Source: Octopus bimaculoides
Lineage: Eukaryota
NCBI RefSeq assembly: GCF_001194135.2
Contig: NC_068988.1
Span: 35,351,139 to 35,396,525, forward strand
Reading direction: 5' to 3'
Length of the DNA stretch: 45,387 nucleotides
Part shown: positions 11,262 to 22,056 of the stretch, one piece after another
Position numbering within the stretch: the stretch's first letter is position 1
Layout of the letters: the number at the start of each line of letters is the position of its first letter
Notes under the pieces: generated by a model
Databases searched by the model: none
The model's input: the letters and a program-made list of their open reading frames with translations, nothing else
What the model was told of the DNA's origin: nothing
Program-made: the position numbers and the translations under genes

Positions 11262-11466
11262 ATGTGTTTGTGTGTCTGTGTTTGTCCCCCTAACATCGCT
11301 TGACAACCTATGCTGGTGTGTTTACGTCCCCGTAAACGAGCGGTTCGGCAAAATAGACCGATAGAATAAGTACTAGGCTTACAAAGAATAAGTCCTGGAG
11401 TCGATTTGCTTGACTAAAGGTGGTGCTCCAGCATGGCCACAGTCAAGTGACTGGAACAATTAAAAA
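10909..11466 (+). mobile_element. tRNA-derived SINE, family A, full length; internal (TA)n..(GT)n contains gap 11084-11223
   Basis: Head ggcgtaggagtggctgtgtggtaagtagc...gcgttcaatcccactgcgtggcaccttaggcaagtgtcttc; 3' half ttgtccccctaacatcgcttgacaacc...taagtactagg...; tail ggtggtgctccagcatggccacagtcaagtgactggaac. Confidence 0.92.
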
Positions 11467-11489
11467 CCAGCAAGTTTAAGGGACGGATT

Positions 11490-11800
11490 GCAATCGGTTA
11501 CTCAGTACTTATTTTGTCCACTCCCGAAAGGAAGAAGGGCAAAATTAGACTCGGCAAAATTTGAACGGTGAACTAAAGGATTCGTAAGAAACGCCGTTCG
11601 ATATTTTTTTGGACGCTCTACTGATTCTCTCAGCTCATTGCTTTTAATGAGGGTTACAAATTTTGGCACAATACCAGCAATTATAGGGCTGAAGGGCTTG
11701 GCGGGTACATCGAATCCAGTGCTCAACTGGTGCTTATGTCATTGATGGCAGAGGGATGAAAGATAAAGCTTGTTTCGGTGATAGTTGAACTAAGAGCGCC
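11490..11800 (-). mobile_element. Two decayed SINE family B copies (about 11490-11640 and 11655-11800)
   Basis: cccgaaaggaagaagggcaaaattagactcggcaaaatttgaac and gagggatgaaagataaagc..ttgaact align with cccgaaaggatgaaaggcaaatcgacctcggcgaaatttgaactc of the 19921-20122 copy. Confidence 0.6.
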
Positions 11801-12354
11801 TAGAACTAAAATGAAAACCAGAATAACATTTACTCGGTGCTAGAACAAGTGGTTTATTTCGTCGCTTAGTTGCAACATACACTCTACAAAAACTGAACTG
11901 CGTGGAAAACATCAACAACAATTAGAAATTTTTTTGATGGTACGATACCAAAATTAAAATTAAAATAAATATAGAGCAACGTGACACGTCATCCTGCAGC
12001 AAATAAACAACCGAACTAAGCCACATGAGCATATAAATAAACCCAATGTATCATATAGCCCGGGATACACAATACAAGAAGATGGTCGTAGCTTGGAGCC
12101 ATATGATAATAGGCTTGCACTGACCTGGGCCGACCTAATGTGACCTGAACTGTTCTGACCTGAGCTGTACAATAAATAATGTTAGAAGAAAAGGAAAAAA
12201 ACACATATCAAAATATATCTGAAAGACAAGTGCAAAGCAAGAGCAAAGACTGTTATAAACGTTGTTTTGCATGATCTACATGCAATTGGCAGATTTAGCT
12301 CGAAACAAAATCATGTTATGGAAGTAAACGACACAGAACAAATTAAAAGACCGG

Positions 12355-12870
12355 ATATTCATCATCATTATCATCATCATCATCATCATCATCATCTTTT
12401 TCTTTTTTCTTTTTCTTTTTTTCTTCTTTTTCTTCTTTTTCTTTATGCATTTTCTTTTTCTTCTTTATACTTTTATTCTTTTTCTTTATCTTCCTCCAAA
12501 ATTTTTCCTCCTCCTCCTCCTCCTCCTCCTCCTCATCATCATCATCATCACTATCATCATCGTTATCATGGTCATCAGCTTTTTCTTCTTCTTTATTTTC
12601 TCCCCCTTCTCTTCCGCTTCTCCTCTCCCTNNNNNNNNNNNNNNNNNNNNNNNNNNNNNNNNNNNNNNNNNNNNNNNNNNNNNNNNNNNNNNNNNNNTTA
12701 TCCTCCTCCATCTACCCTTTTCACTATCTCTTACCGCCACCATTCCTCCTCCTCGTCCTCCTCCTTTTTTCTTTATCTTCCTCCATTCTTCTTTATCCTC
12801 CTGTCTTCTTCTTCTTCTTCTTCTTCTTCTTCTTCTTCTTCTTCTTCTTCTTCTTCTTCTTCTTCTTCAC
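12355..12870. repeat. Compound trinucleotide low-complexity tract: (CAT)n, T/C-rich, (CCT)n, (CTT)n; includes gap 12631-12697
   Basis: Direct reading; produces the spurious poly-H/S/P/L/E/K ORFs. Confidence 0.95.
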
Positions 12871-12929
12871 TTTTGTCATACAAAGTAAAAGTTTGTGTAG
12901 AGTCTTCGATTGATTTTACTGTTGCGTTC

Positions 12930-13730
12930 TAGCAGGCTGAGTAAGAAGTAAGCAACGTTTTGAAACATGAAATTCATCACAATATATTTCAGCAATGCGG
13001 AAATTTTATTCATCAAACTAAGAACCATTACATTCAACACATTTTTCCATCGAGTTACAAGTTTGATTATTCCGGTAACATAAAATTCTAAGGTTCCGGA
13101 GCTGATGAACTCTTTGAACGCACTTTTAGCATCGGTTTGATTTTGAACTCCTTCTCTCGCAGAAAAAAACATGAAGGTACTTGAAAAAGTGGTGGTCGGT
13201 AGGAGAAGGTCTGGGGAATAAGCTGGACAGGGAAGAACTTCGTAACCAAGTTCTTTCAACTTCTGGAACATCATTAGTGACGCATTGTTATGCATTGTCG
13301 AGCATTATCATGAAGAATGATTGGCCCTTTTCTGTTGACCAGTCTGGGGACGGAGGAGTAGCAGTTTTTCGTTTATTTTGGCAATCTCACGGCTATGTTT
13401 CTTCAGTAATGATTTTTTTCCGGGTTTTAAGACGTTATAGTGGATGAGTCCAACAGTACACCACCAAACAGTGACCATAAGTTTCTTTTAGAAGAGCTCG
13501 GCTCTAGAGAAGGTTTTCGGTGCTTCATTTTGGTTCAACCACTGCGAAGAATATTTTTTTATTATTCTATAGAATCCACTTTTCATCGCAAGTTACAATA
13601 CGGTCGAGAAATGGATCGGTTTGGTTACGGAGAAGGAGCGACAAGCAAATTTCATATCTACAAGGTGACGTAATGAATATTATAGAAATAGATGTCAAAT
13701 ACTATTTCCAACTGAGGATTGCAAAGCATG
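12930..13730 (-). mobile_element. mariner transposase remnant (cecropia-like), heavily frameshifted
   Basis: Minus translation pieces: PFLDRIVTCDEKWIL* (first catalytic D, about 13570-13615), LVNRKGPIILHDNAR, KLKELGYEVLPCPAYSPDLL, FKEFISS..FYVTGIIKLVTRW. Degenerate TIR-like aggctgagtaagaagtaagcaacgtttt at about 12933-12962. Confidence 0.88.
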
Positions 13731-14067
13731 TTTCTCATGCACAGCATGAAATTAGTTGATATTGGGATATGTATTAGCTGCCTTCATATTCCATCCTGAA
13801 AGTAGACCTATTTTTTAAGAATATTCATTACATTGCTCGTGAGTGTAGAATTTGTAGTTTTTTTTTTAGCTTTCGCTTTGATTTTTAGCAAGCGGTATCT
13901 TTACCCTTCTTTTCTTCAAAAAATTTATATTATACCTGTTCAGGTAGAAGTCTTGCTAGCCACCTCATTATTACTGTTTTTAACAGTAATGATACTTCAC
14001 ATATTTACTTATATATAAATATATATATATATATTATACATACTACGCTATATATATATATGTATAT

Positions 14068-14110
<43 letters not shown>

Positions 14111-14130
14111 TATATAACTACGCCACTTAC

Positions 14131-14765
14131 TATTAGGTTGTCAAGAAAGTTCTTGCGGTTTTTAACCTTAAAATTCAGATGCACATATCTCGGCTCAGAC
14201 AAAACTTCATTAATCGAAATAAGAACCACCAAAATCAGCACACTTTTGCCAACGTGAAACAAGTTTATTGATGCCAGTAGCGTAAAAATCCTGCGTTCTG
14301 ATGGCGATGAAGTCGTTGAAGGCGTGTTTGGTATCGTCTTGGTTTTTTAAGCATTTTTCACGCAGGAAGTTGTCGAGATGCTTGAAAAAGTGGTAGTCGG
14401 TAGGCGAGAGGTCTGGTGAGTATGGCGGATGAGGCAGAGTTTCGTAGCCCAATTCTGCAGGGTCAGTTTTGCGACGTTGTCGTGGAGAAGAATTGGTCCT
14501 TTTCTATTGACCAATGCTGGCTGTTGTCGGAGTTTCTTATGCATTTCATCCATTTACTGACAGTACCTCTCCACCGTAATGATTTTGCCTGGATCTAAAA
14601 AGCTGTGATGGACGAGACCGGCCGCAGACCACCAAACAGTCCCCATGACCTTCTTTTGGTGCAAATTTGACTTCGGGAAGTGCCGTGGTGCTTTGTCGGC
14701 ATCCAACCACTGAGCTGAGCGTTGGTTTAAAAGTCCTTTTAAACCAAGGACTTTTCCATACCACT
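14131..14765 (-). mobile_element. mariner (cecropia / Hsmar1-like) 3' half with intact right TIR and TA target; D,D34D transposase C-terminus
   Basis: TA at 14131-14132, then TIR ttaggttgtcaagaaagttcttgcggtttt (14133-14162). Translation RSAQWLD..APRHFPKSNLHQKKVMGTVWWSAAGLVHHSFLDPG..PALVNRKGPILLHDN../GYETLPHPPYSPDLSPTDYHFFKHLDNFL..DFYATGINKLVSRWQKC..GSYFD*. Confidence 0.95.
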
Positions 14766-14769
14766 CGTA

Positions 14770-14781
14770 TCTATATGTGTA

Positions 14782-14824
<43 letters not shown>

Positions 14825-15025
14825 GTGTACGTGCGCGTGTATCATTGTGTCAATGTTTGTTCCTACCATCGCTTGACAACCGGTGTTGGCGTGTTTACGT
14901 CATCATAATTTAACGATTCTGCCAAAATAATCGATACAATAAGTCCCAGGCTTTAAAAAGCGTTTCCAGGCAGTGCCCCAGTATGGCTGCATTCTAATGA
15001 TTGAAATAAGCAAAAGATACGGTAT
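14770..15025 (+). mobile_element. SINE family A, 3' half only (internal (GT)n plus tail)
   Basis: catcgcttgacaaccggtgttggcgtgtttacgtc and ggcagtgccccagtatggctgcattctaatgattgaaat match family A copies; the head is absent. Confidence 0.8.
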
Positions 15026-15049
15026 AAAAGAAAAGGTGGTATTAAAAAC

Positions 15050-15300
15050 GGCGAGCCAATCTCCTAAATTGGCCTAGTTACGTTACACAGAAGTTTACAT
15101 GACACAATTTATGGTTGCGTATCACGAGAGATAGATCGAAGGATGTCAGCGATGTCGTTGATCCCCTGGTCATCATCACTTTGTGGTAAGTGTTGAAGTA
15201 GTCAGAAATATTCTGTAGCTGGATGGAGTTAACATGAATAGGGAAGTCTGCAAACTATCCACGGAAAGCAATGATACATTCTGAAGCTGTTAGTCAGAAG
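15050..15300 (+). mobile_element. Possible very old non-LTR retrotransposon RT remnant (motif B'-C region)
   Basis: One frame reads GCQRCR*SPGHHHFVVSVEVVRNIL*LDGVNMNREVCKLSTESND, loosely like G.RQGCPLSP..F...EVL....GV.....KLS.YADD; weak. Confidence 0.25.
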
Positions 15301-16064
15301 TTGTAGAAAGAAAACTATGGACGAGTCATGCAGAGAGCCGAAATCCAAGCTGCTACACCGGTGGCAGTAAGGGTCACTTAATGGTTACCTACGTGAAAGA
15401 AGTTGAAAGAAGGAGTAGAAAAGAGTAGCAGAAACTGCAGCAGAAGTTTCTATTCTCTTTGTACCGTCAGAAGCGGCTCCGTAAATTACGTAAAGATTAT
15501 CTTGTTGTAGATCATAAAAGGCATCACACCTGAAATTGATCTCAATGCCGAGTAATCCCCTTTGCTCTCAGCAACACAATTCTATCCTCTTGAGTAGCAT
15601 TGAGTATTAAGAGAAAACTATAACAAGATAGCCAGTTGTCTGGAACTGCCGTTCAACAAACATTAAAAAGACAAGGAGACGAGAAGAATGCAAACAAGAT
15701 CCTCCAAATGGAGTCCACCCATGATTGTCATTCAGATTTACAGCGTTTAATGTGATGTATGATCTTCAAAATAACAATCCAGTTATTCGTGTGACATGAA
15801 AAAGGGCCGGCATACCAGACATCCGAAAAGACAGAAATTTGGCAAGCCCCAGGTTGGCTGTCTCTCAATCCCTTTCCGTAGTTTAATGTAATCAAATGAT
15901 GTCACTATATATATTTCTATCAAGCAACCCATTCTTTCTCTGTTTTTCTCTCATTCACTGACATTTTTTCATACACTGTTTCAATCTTACATATTCAGAA
16001 ATATTACCACCTACTCCCAGAAAGCTGATTATTTTCTCATGTGCATATTTTTCTAGATTACACG

Positions 16065-16067
<3 letters not shown>

Positions 16068-16132
<65 letters not shown>

Positions 16133-16145
16133 CACACGCACACAC
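16068..16145. repeat. (CA)n/(TA)n microsatellite
   Basis: Direct reading. Confidence 0.95.
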
Positions 16146-16581
16146 ATGTAGATGTTTTGTTTGCTACAGAAGACAATTTTTATTGATAGAAAGTAAAACA
16201 AAAACTATAACAAGCTAAAACTAACTGACAGGTCTTGATGGAATTTAGAAAGCAGCAAGTAATTCTTTTAAAATATAAATGTTGTCATGTATACACATAC
16301 ATCGATATACATACGTCAAATCTATTTGTTCATATGGAGAATTTTGGAAACATCATACAGATCCTCACGTACAAAAACTACTGAATGACTATTGCTGCAT
16401 TGTAAATGCTTCTAATACATCTGAAAGTCCAATTCACTGTAATGCAGTGAACGTAAATCCATTTGCCAGACCAGACAAATTCAATATATTGAACTGAGAT
16501 TAAATATATATTGCAAGAGAAAGTTAGAGATGACCGATTCGTTAGGGTATTGTTTCTTCAACAGACATTAAAAAAATCGAT

Positions 16582-16622
<41 letters not shown>

Positions 16623-16632
16623 NNNNNNNNNN

Positions 16633-16664
<32 letters not shown>

Positions 16665-17557
16665 AATACATAAATAAATAAACAAATAATAGCAATATTT
16701 TTGTCGATTCTCATTTTATTTGTAAGATTCCAGTCACTATAAAACAACAAAGTAACAGAGAAAAAGACAACAGCAACATAAAAATTTAAAAAGGCATAAA
16801 GTAGCATATTCCAACAGAGCATGGATAGATCTCACAGGGCGGCATTAATGTTTTCCATAAAATTGTGGATGTTTCTGTCATGTTGGCGCAAATTTGTCGG
16901 GCGAGAGAATTGGTTACGAATCGTCTGTGGTATAAGTGATACTGATATATCATTAGTGTATGAAAAGAAAAAAGAAACCCAGCTAAATAAAAGCATTGAC
17001 TGGTTATAGAAATGTTTCAAATTAGCTCCTGATGCGAGCTGTCATGACTCCCTGAGATACTAATACCATTAGTGATAACAGAAACGCCAGAATATTGACG
17101 AAGGAGCTTTATCCTGCACTGCTTTGTTTCTTTGTGTTGTTTTGATTTATTTCAAGCCATTCGATTCACTATTTTATTTTACTTATAGATCGATAAGATA
17201 TGTTATATTGTGGGGCGAAACGAACTAACTTTGAGCAACTCTAATGAAAACGTACATTCAACATAGAGCGAATCAAAATTACAAGCATATTGGCCACTTT
17301 ACATTGAGTAGAATCTAATGGTGTACAGAGAGGGAGAGGGAGAGGGAGAGGGAGAGAGAGGGAGAGAGATGGAGAGTAGGAGAGAGAGATGGAGAGATGG
17401 GAAGAGAAATAAAGAGATTTGAAGTTCCATAGTAATTGTTGTTTATCTCTAGATTAATACTGATCGAGCGAAACAATGATTAAATGTGTTTTAGTCAAGA
17501 CGAGCTCATCGCTGCGAAAGTATTTAGGATTATTTTAACCCAATATATCTTCATTGC

Positions 17558-17782
17558 TTAACCCTTTCATATTCAGATTTATGCAGTCAAATCTAATGCT
17601 TATGTAGTCAATGCTTTAAAAATCAATCCTGCATTATCTCATAGCTTCAAGATGTCGATTATGTGATTCTTTCAAGAATGAGATTGTAGGATAGGTGTGA
17701 GACGTTAGATCTAGCTGGTTTGGAGATAAAATAGGGAGAATATTTGAGCTGGATATGGCTGGTGTAAATGCTAAGGGGTCGA
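17558..17782. mobile_element. Decayed short MITE-like element with TTAACCCTTT-type ends (TTAA-target class)
   Basis: Left end ttaaccctttcatatt and right end aatgctaaggggtcga are 10/16 reverse-complementary. It resembles a repeat I recall from octopus DNA; there is no second copy here to confirm it. Confidence 0.4.
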
Positions 17783-18784
17783 TGGAGTTTTAAATGATGG
17801 AGAACTAACTGATATTTCTAGCCAGTCGGGAGACTGTGGAGAGTAGCTTCGTAAGAGATTTGAACTTCCGAAAACCAAGACAGTATCGCTGTTTCAAATA
17901 CTGAGTAAAAAACATTTTCATCTCACTTTTGTAGTTCATGACCTTGGAAAATGGAGGAACATTACAGTAAACGTTTTAATTTATTTGTATTTTTAAATAA
18001 CAAATCCTCTTTACTTAGTCAAAATAAAGCAAACAAAACAAAAATAAAGCATAATAAATATATGTAATGGCATGCCTTCATTATTGGAGAAAAGAGTTAA
18101 ATTATTTAAATCCTCCGTATTACGAAGTTCAAAATTTGAATTTACACACAACAGCATTTGTTGTCGTAACATCACAGCCGAAATTGAATATTAATTAGAA
18201 AATGTGGCTTGTTATTAAATCAAGAACATGTCTTCAGTTCCCAATACAAAAAATAAATAAATAAAAATAGAAAAAGAAATAAAATAGAACAAAAAACTAC
18301 AACAAAATACAATGTATTTTAGAGACTTTTGATGCTTAATCATTTCCAGCCAATCGGATGAAAATAAAATACAATATGAGCGTACAGTGTTTTAGAATTT
18401 TCTTTCACGTCTAATGATTAAAATCCTTAGCGTTTATATATTATTTTATGTATTCTTTTTATTATATAATTATATCATATCATGATAATGAAATGAGAGT
18501 TCAAACACATGGATTATCAGTTTAAATATTTAAGCGCCGTTATTTATATATGTATGTTTTATATTTTTTCTCTGGATTTTGCGATAAAATTATGCGGTTA
18601 TTTTTAAAATTTATTGGTATGCTAAACCATTCATTATATCTATCCATCTCACTTTCTCTCTCTCTCTCTCTGCATCTATCTATCTATCTAAACATGCGTA
18701 TGTGAATGTATAGATATAGCTATATGTATATATGTGCATATATGTATACATATGTACATAGATATATATGCCTACATGCATATG

Positions 18785-18975
18785 CCACACCGCCGTCTCC
18801 TGCCTCCCATTTCCTATCACCTACCGCACCACCACCCTACCTCTCCAACGCGTCATTCTCCGAGTCTTCCGGCGACTCCAGTCCGACCCCTGTACTTCGC
18901 ACATCTTTCCTAATCGACCTATCCCCTCATTCAAACGAGCCCACAACCTACGAGACCTCTTGATCCACAGAAAAT
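18785..18975 (+). mobile_element. Penelope-like element fragment (Neptune-like thumb/GIY-YIG linker region), followed by a C/A-rich low-complexity tract to about 19460
   Basis: ORF 18768-19112 contains LPFPITYRTTTLPLQRVILRVFRRLQSDPCTSHIFPNRPIPSFKRAHNLRDLLIH, matching the recalled PLE pattern P.V.TYH....I...I...F..LQ.DP....IFP..P...F.R..NLRD.LV. Confidence 0.78.
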
Positions 18976-19920
18976 TGCTCCGACTCCTACTTCTCTTCAC
19001 TGCTACTGTCCCTCTCTCTTCTCTTCACTCCTACCCCCTTCTCCCCCTTCATCATCACCTTCCCTCGTACGGCCATCCACCCCTACACATTCCAACCCTA
19101 CCTTCCCTATAATTCCTACTCCACCCTATCCTTTACACCCACTCCCACATACCCCATCACTATACCCCACCCTCTGCCTACCCACATACTCCACCTCTAC
19201 CCCTACCCTCAGCCTAACCCACAACCTACCATTGCTTTCCCTACTCTCGCCTCCCCCACTTCCCAACACCATTACACCACACCACGCAACACATCACATC
19301 ACAACACACCACCACGCACACACCAGCACTGAGCAACTCCCAGCCCCACATGTTCACACTTACACATACACACACGCACATGTCAAGATCACCAGCCCTC
19401 TTCCACACGCACATACAACCTTTCTTATAAACACCCACGCACGCGCACATTCGTTTTGGGATCACCACTACTTATCTTCTCGCGTTCTCCCTTGCTCTCC
19501 TGTGTGACCCTTCTGTCCGGCATGTATATAATTATAAAATATTTTCTAAAATATACATGAGGTTTTTATTTCCGCGCTGCCCCCCGGGTAATATTATTGA
19601 TTTTACCCTTTTATAATTAATATTTGTATATATATATATATATCTACACACGTGAGTTTGCGTGCGCAAATGTGTGCGAGCCGGCGTAAATCACACACAC
19701 ACACGCACGCACGCACACGCACAGACACACACACATAAATCTCGTTTCATATATTTGAATCATCTCACAAAAGTATACATAAATTCTGACAGTCAAAAGA
19801 TTGTATTGAATTGTGACTTGCACCAACATTTTCTCAATCAAACACATTAAATTGTCCGTTTTACCTAGCTAAAAATAAGATCCATCTAAATGTTTCATGT
19901 CCTTAAGCCTTTTATTTTCT

Positions 19921-20122
19921 AGTCACAAGGAGCGAAATATTTTTTTGGAGGTGGGGTAGTCGATTAGATCGACTCCAGTACGAAACTGATACTTAATTTA
20001 TCGACCCCGAAAGGATGAAAGGCAAATCGACCTCGGCGAAATTTGAACTCAGAACGTAAAGACAGACGAAATACCACTAAGCATTTCAACCGACGCGCTA
20101 ACGTTTCTGCCAGCTCGCAGCC
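19921..20122 (-). mobile_element. tRNA-derived SINE, family B (Deu/Nin-domain-like), best-preserved copy
   Basis: Sense strand: ggctgcgagctggcagaaacgttagc (A-box-like)...ctgagttcaaattt (B-box, plus strand 20039-20050)...gcctttcatcctttcggggtcgataaattaagtatcag (resembles the Deu/Nin central domain as recalled)...gtcgatctaatcgact. Confidence 0.88.
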
Positions 20123-21289
20123 TTTTCATGTCTCTATTCTATGTAAGAAAAAACAGTTTTTTCTGTTTTGGGTGTATATATAATCTTCAGAATTAACTGT
20201 ACATTGGTGGCAAATCATTCCCACCTAGATTCCCACATAAGCAAATCTAACACTGCTTCACAAGTATATCTGAATACTTTAAACGCATCATTTTATATCA
20301 GCTGAATGTCATAAACTCTCTGACTACATGGCGTGTAAGAAGGCAAAAGAAATACTAAACGTTGCTTGTTATTCTTCTTCAAGATAGCGACATCAATTAG
20401 TACTGAAAGTACATGCCTCTCAGCAAAATCCTGTCTGTTCGTAAATAAGAGTAACAACTTGATGAAGATTCTTTTTCGTGGCTGATAACATATTTTTTTA
20501 CATTATTTTTGACGTATTCTCATCATACTTTTTCTGACGCTCTACGTTTTAGTTTATGAAATATTCCTTGCAATTTGTTTCCTTTGAACTTCTTCATAGT
20601 TTTTGACGAAATCTTTCCAAGTCATTTTTCTTTGATATCTTTCTAAGAGAATGTTCACTGATGCTTTTCTTTGAGATTTCTTTCTTGAAATTGTGTTTTT
20701 TCCCCTTTCTTCAGTGAATTTTCTAGTTTTGGAAGATTTTTCTAAGAGTTTATACAAAATGTTTCGCGTAAGCTTCTTCTGTAGCGTTATTTTACAAAAT
20801 GTTTTTCTGACATACATACACGCGCCCTGTATCATACATATACATACATAGACACGCACACACACACAACAAAAAAGAAAAATATATGTATGTATATATA
20901 CATACATATGCATACACATATATAAATATATATATTCATACAAACACACACACACATACATCTATGTATGTAAGCATGCATTATGTATTTGTATGCTGTT
21001 GTTAGAGCTACACAAGATTCTTTTGTGAATGCTTCCGTGATGCTTTTCTGTGGAATATTTCTGTAAGATTATTTTATGAGCTTCCTTTCAATTGTTCATT
21101 ATTATTCTTTTACAATGAGAATAATTTTTGCTGGTGATATATGATATATTTACTTTTTTTCGTTACTGAAAAACTTTTCCTAAGCTATTTTAAGCTTAGT
21201 CATGCAGTCCGACAAATTTTGAGCATGGACAGTTTGCAGGTCACAATACATAAGCATACATACTTATATGCATACCCGTCTGTCTCTCT

Positions 21290-21295
21290 GTCTGT

Positions 21296-21376
<81 letters not shown>

Positions 21377-21392
21377 GGTCTGTCTGTCTGTG
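21290..21392. repeat. (TCTA)n/(TCTG)n tetranucleotide microsatellite
   Basis: Direct reading. Confidence 0.95.
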
Positions 21393-21394
21393 TG

Positions 21395-21810
21395 CCTCGA
21401 AAATCGATTAAGGTTGCTCATCATTTTTTCAGTCTGTGGAGAAATGGCTAAAAAATTTGCCCTGTTACTAATTATACCATATGTTACATATCTATAATAT
21501 CATACCTTGATACTGCGTGGATAAGATTCCCGTTGATAGGCCGCTGGCACTTACAGAGTGCTAAACACTGCCAATATGCAAATTAAGAGTAACTGCTGCA
21601 TGTGTTAAATATATAAACAGTTTGGCTGTTTATTTTTCTGTAGACTGACAGAGTGATGTAGATGCCTCCGATGAGAACCCAATAGCGTTCGAAATTCGAT
21701 CGAGATTGTTCGTAATATTTCTTTGTATCTGCGATGAAATAGCTGAAATGATTTGCCCTGTTTCTAATTATACCATATGTTACATATCTATCTATCATAG
21801 TGACTTTGTA
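21395..21810 (+). repeat. Diverged direct duplication of about 120 bp, offset 296 bp
   Basis: atttgccctgttactaattataccatatgttacatatctat (21455-21495) vs atttgccctgtttctaattataccatatgttacatatctat (21751-21791), 40/41 identical. Weaker similarity extends about 60 nt upstream. Confidence 0.9.
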
Positions 21811-22056
21811 GTAAGATATATANNNNNNNNNNNNNNNNNNNNNNNNNNNNNNNNNNNNNNNNNNNNNNNNNNNNNNNNNNNNNNNNNNNNNNNNNNNNNN
21901 NNNNNNNNNNNNNNNNNNNNNNNNNNNNNNNNNNNNNNNNNNNNNNNNNNNNNNNNNNNNNNNNNNNNNNNNNNNNNNNNNNNNNNNNNNNNNNNNNNNN
22001 NNNNNNNNNNNNNNNNNNNNNNNNNNNNNNNNNNNNNNNNNNNNNNNNNNNNNNNN

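Noticed and set aside
16279-16497. 72-aa plus-strand ORF with Cys/His residues
   Set aside because: No motif recognised and only weak splice signals; length within chance expectation.
16568-17020. Minus-strand frame open for about 110 non-repeat codons except one TGA (16832-16834), with hydrophobic stretches and a zinc-finger-helix-like FSRPTNLRQHDRNIH
   Set aside because: No Cys pair for a C2H2 finger, no recognisable family and no clear splice sites; runs with one stop at this length are expected by chance in six frames of 40 kb.
17455-17500. CTGATCGAGCGAAAC and other hammerhead-like strings (also about 40180-40240, 42295-42330, 36638)
   Set aside because: The catalytic core is not canonical (CUGANGA...GAAA) or stems I/III cannot be formed; not supportable as ribozymes by eye.
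20554-20961. K/R-rich 135-aa minus-strand ORF
   Set aside because: Arises from a T-rich, strand-biased low-complexity tract plus a microsatellite; no domain.
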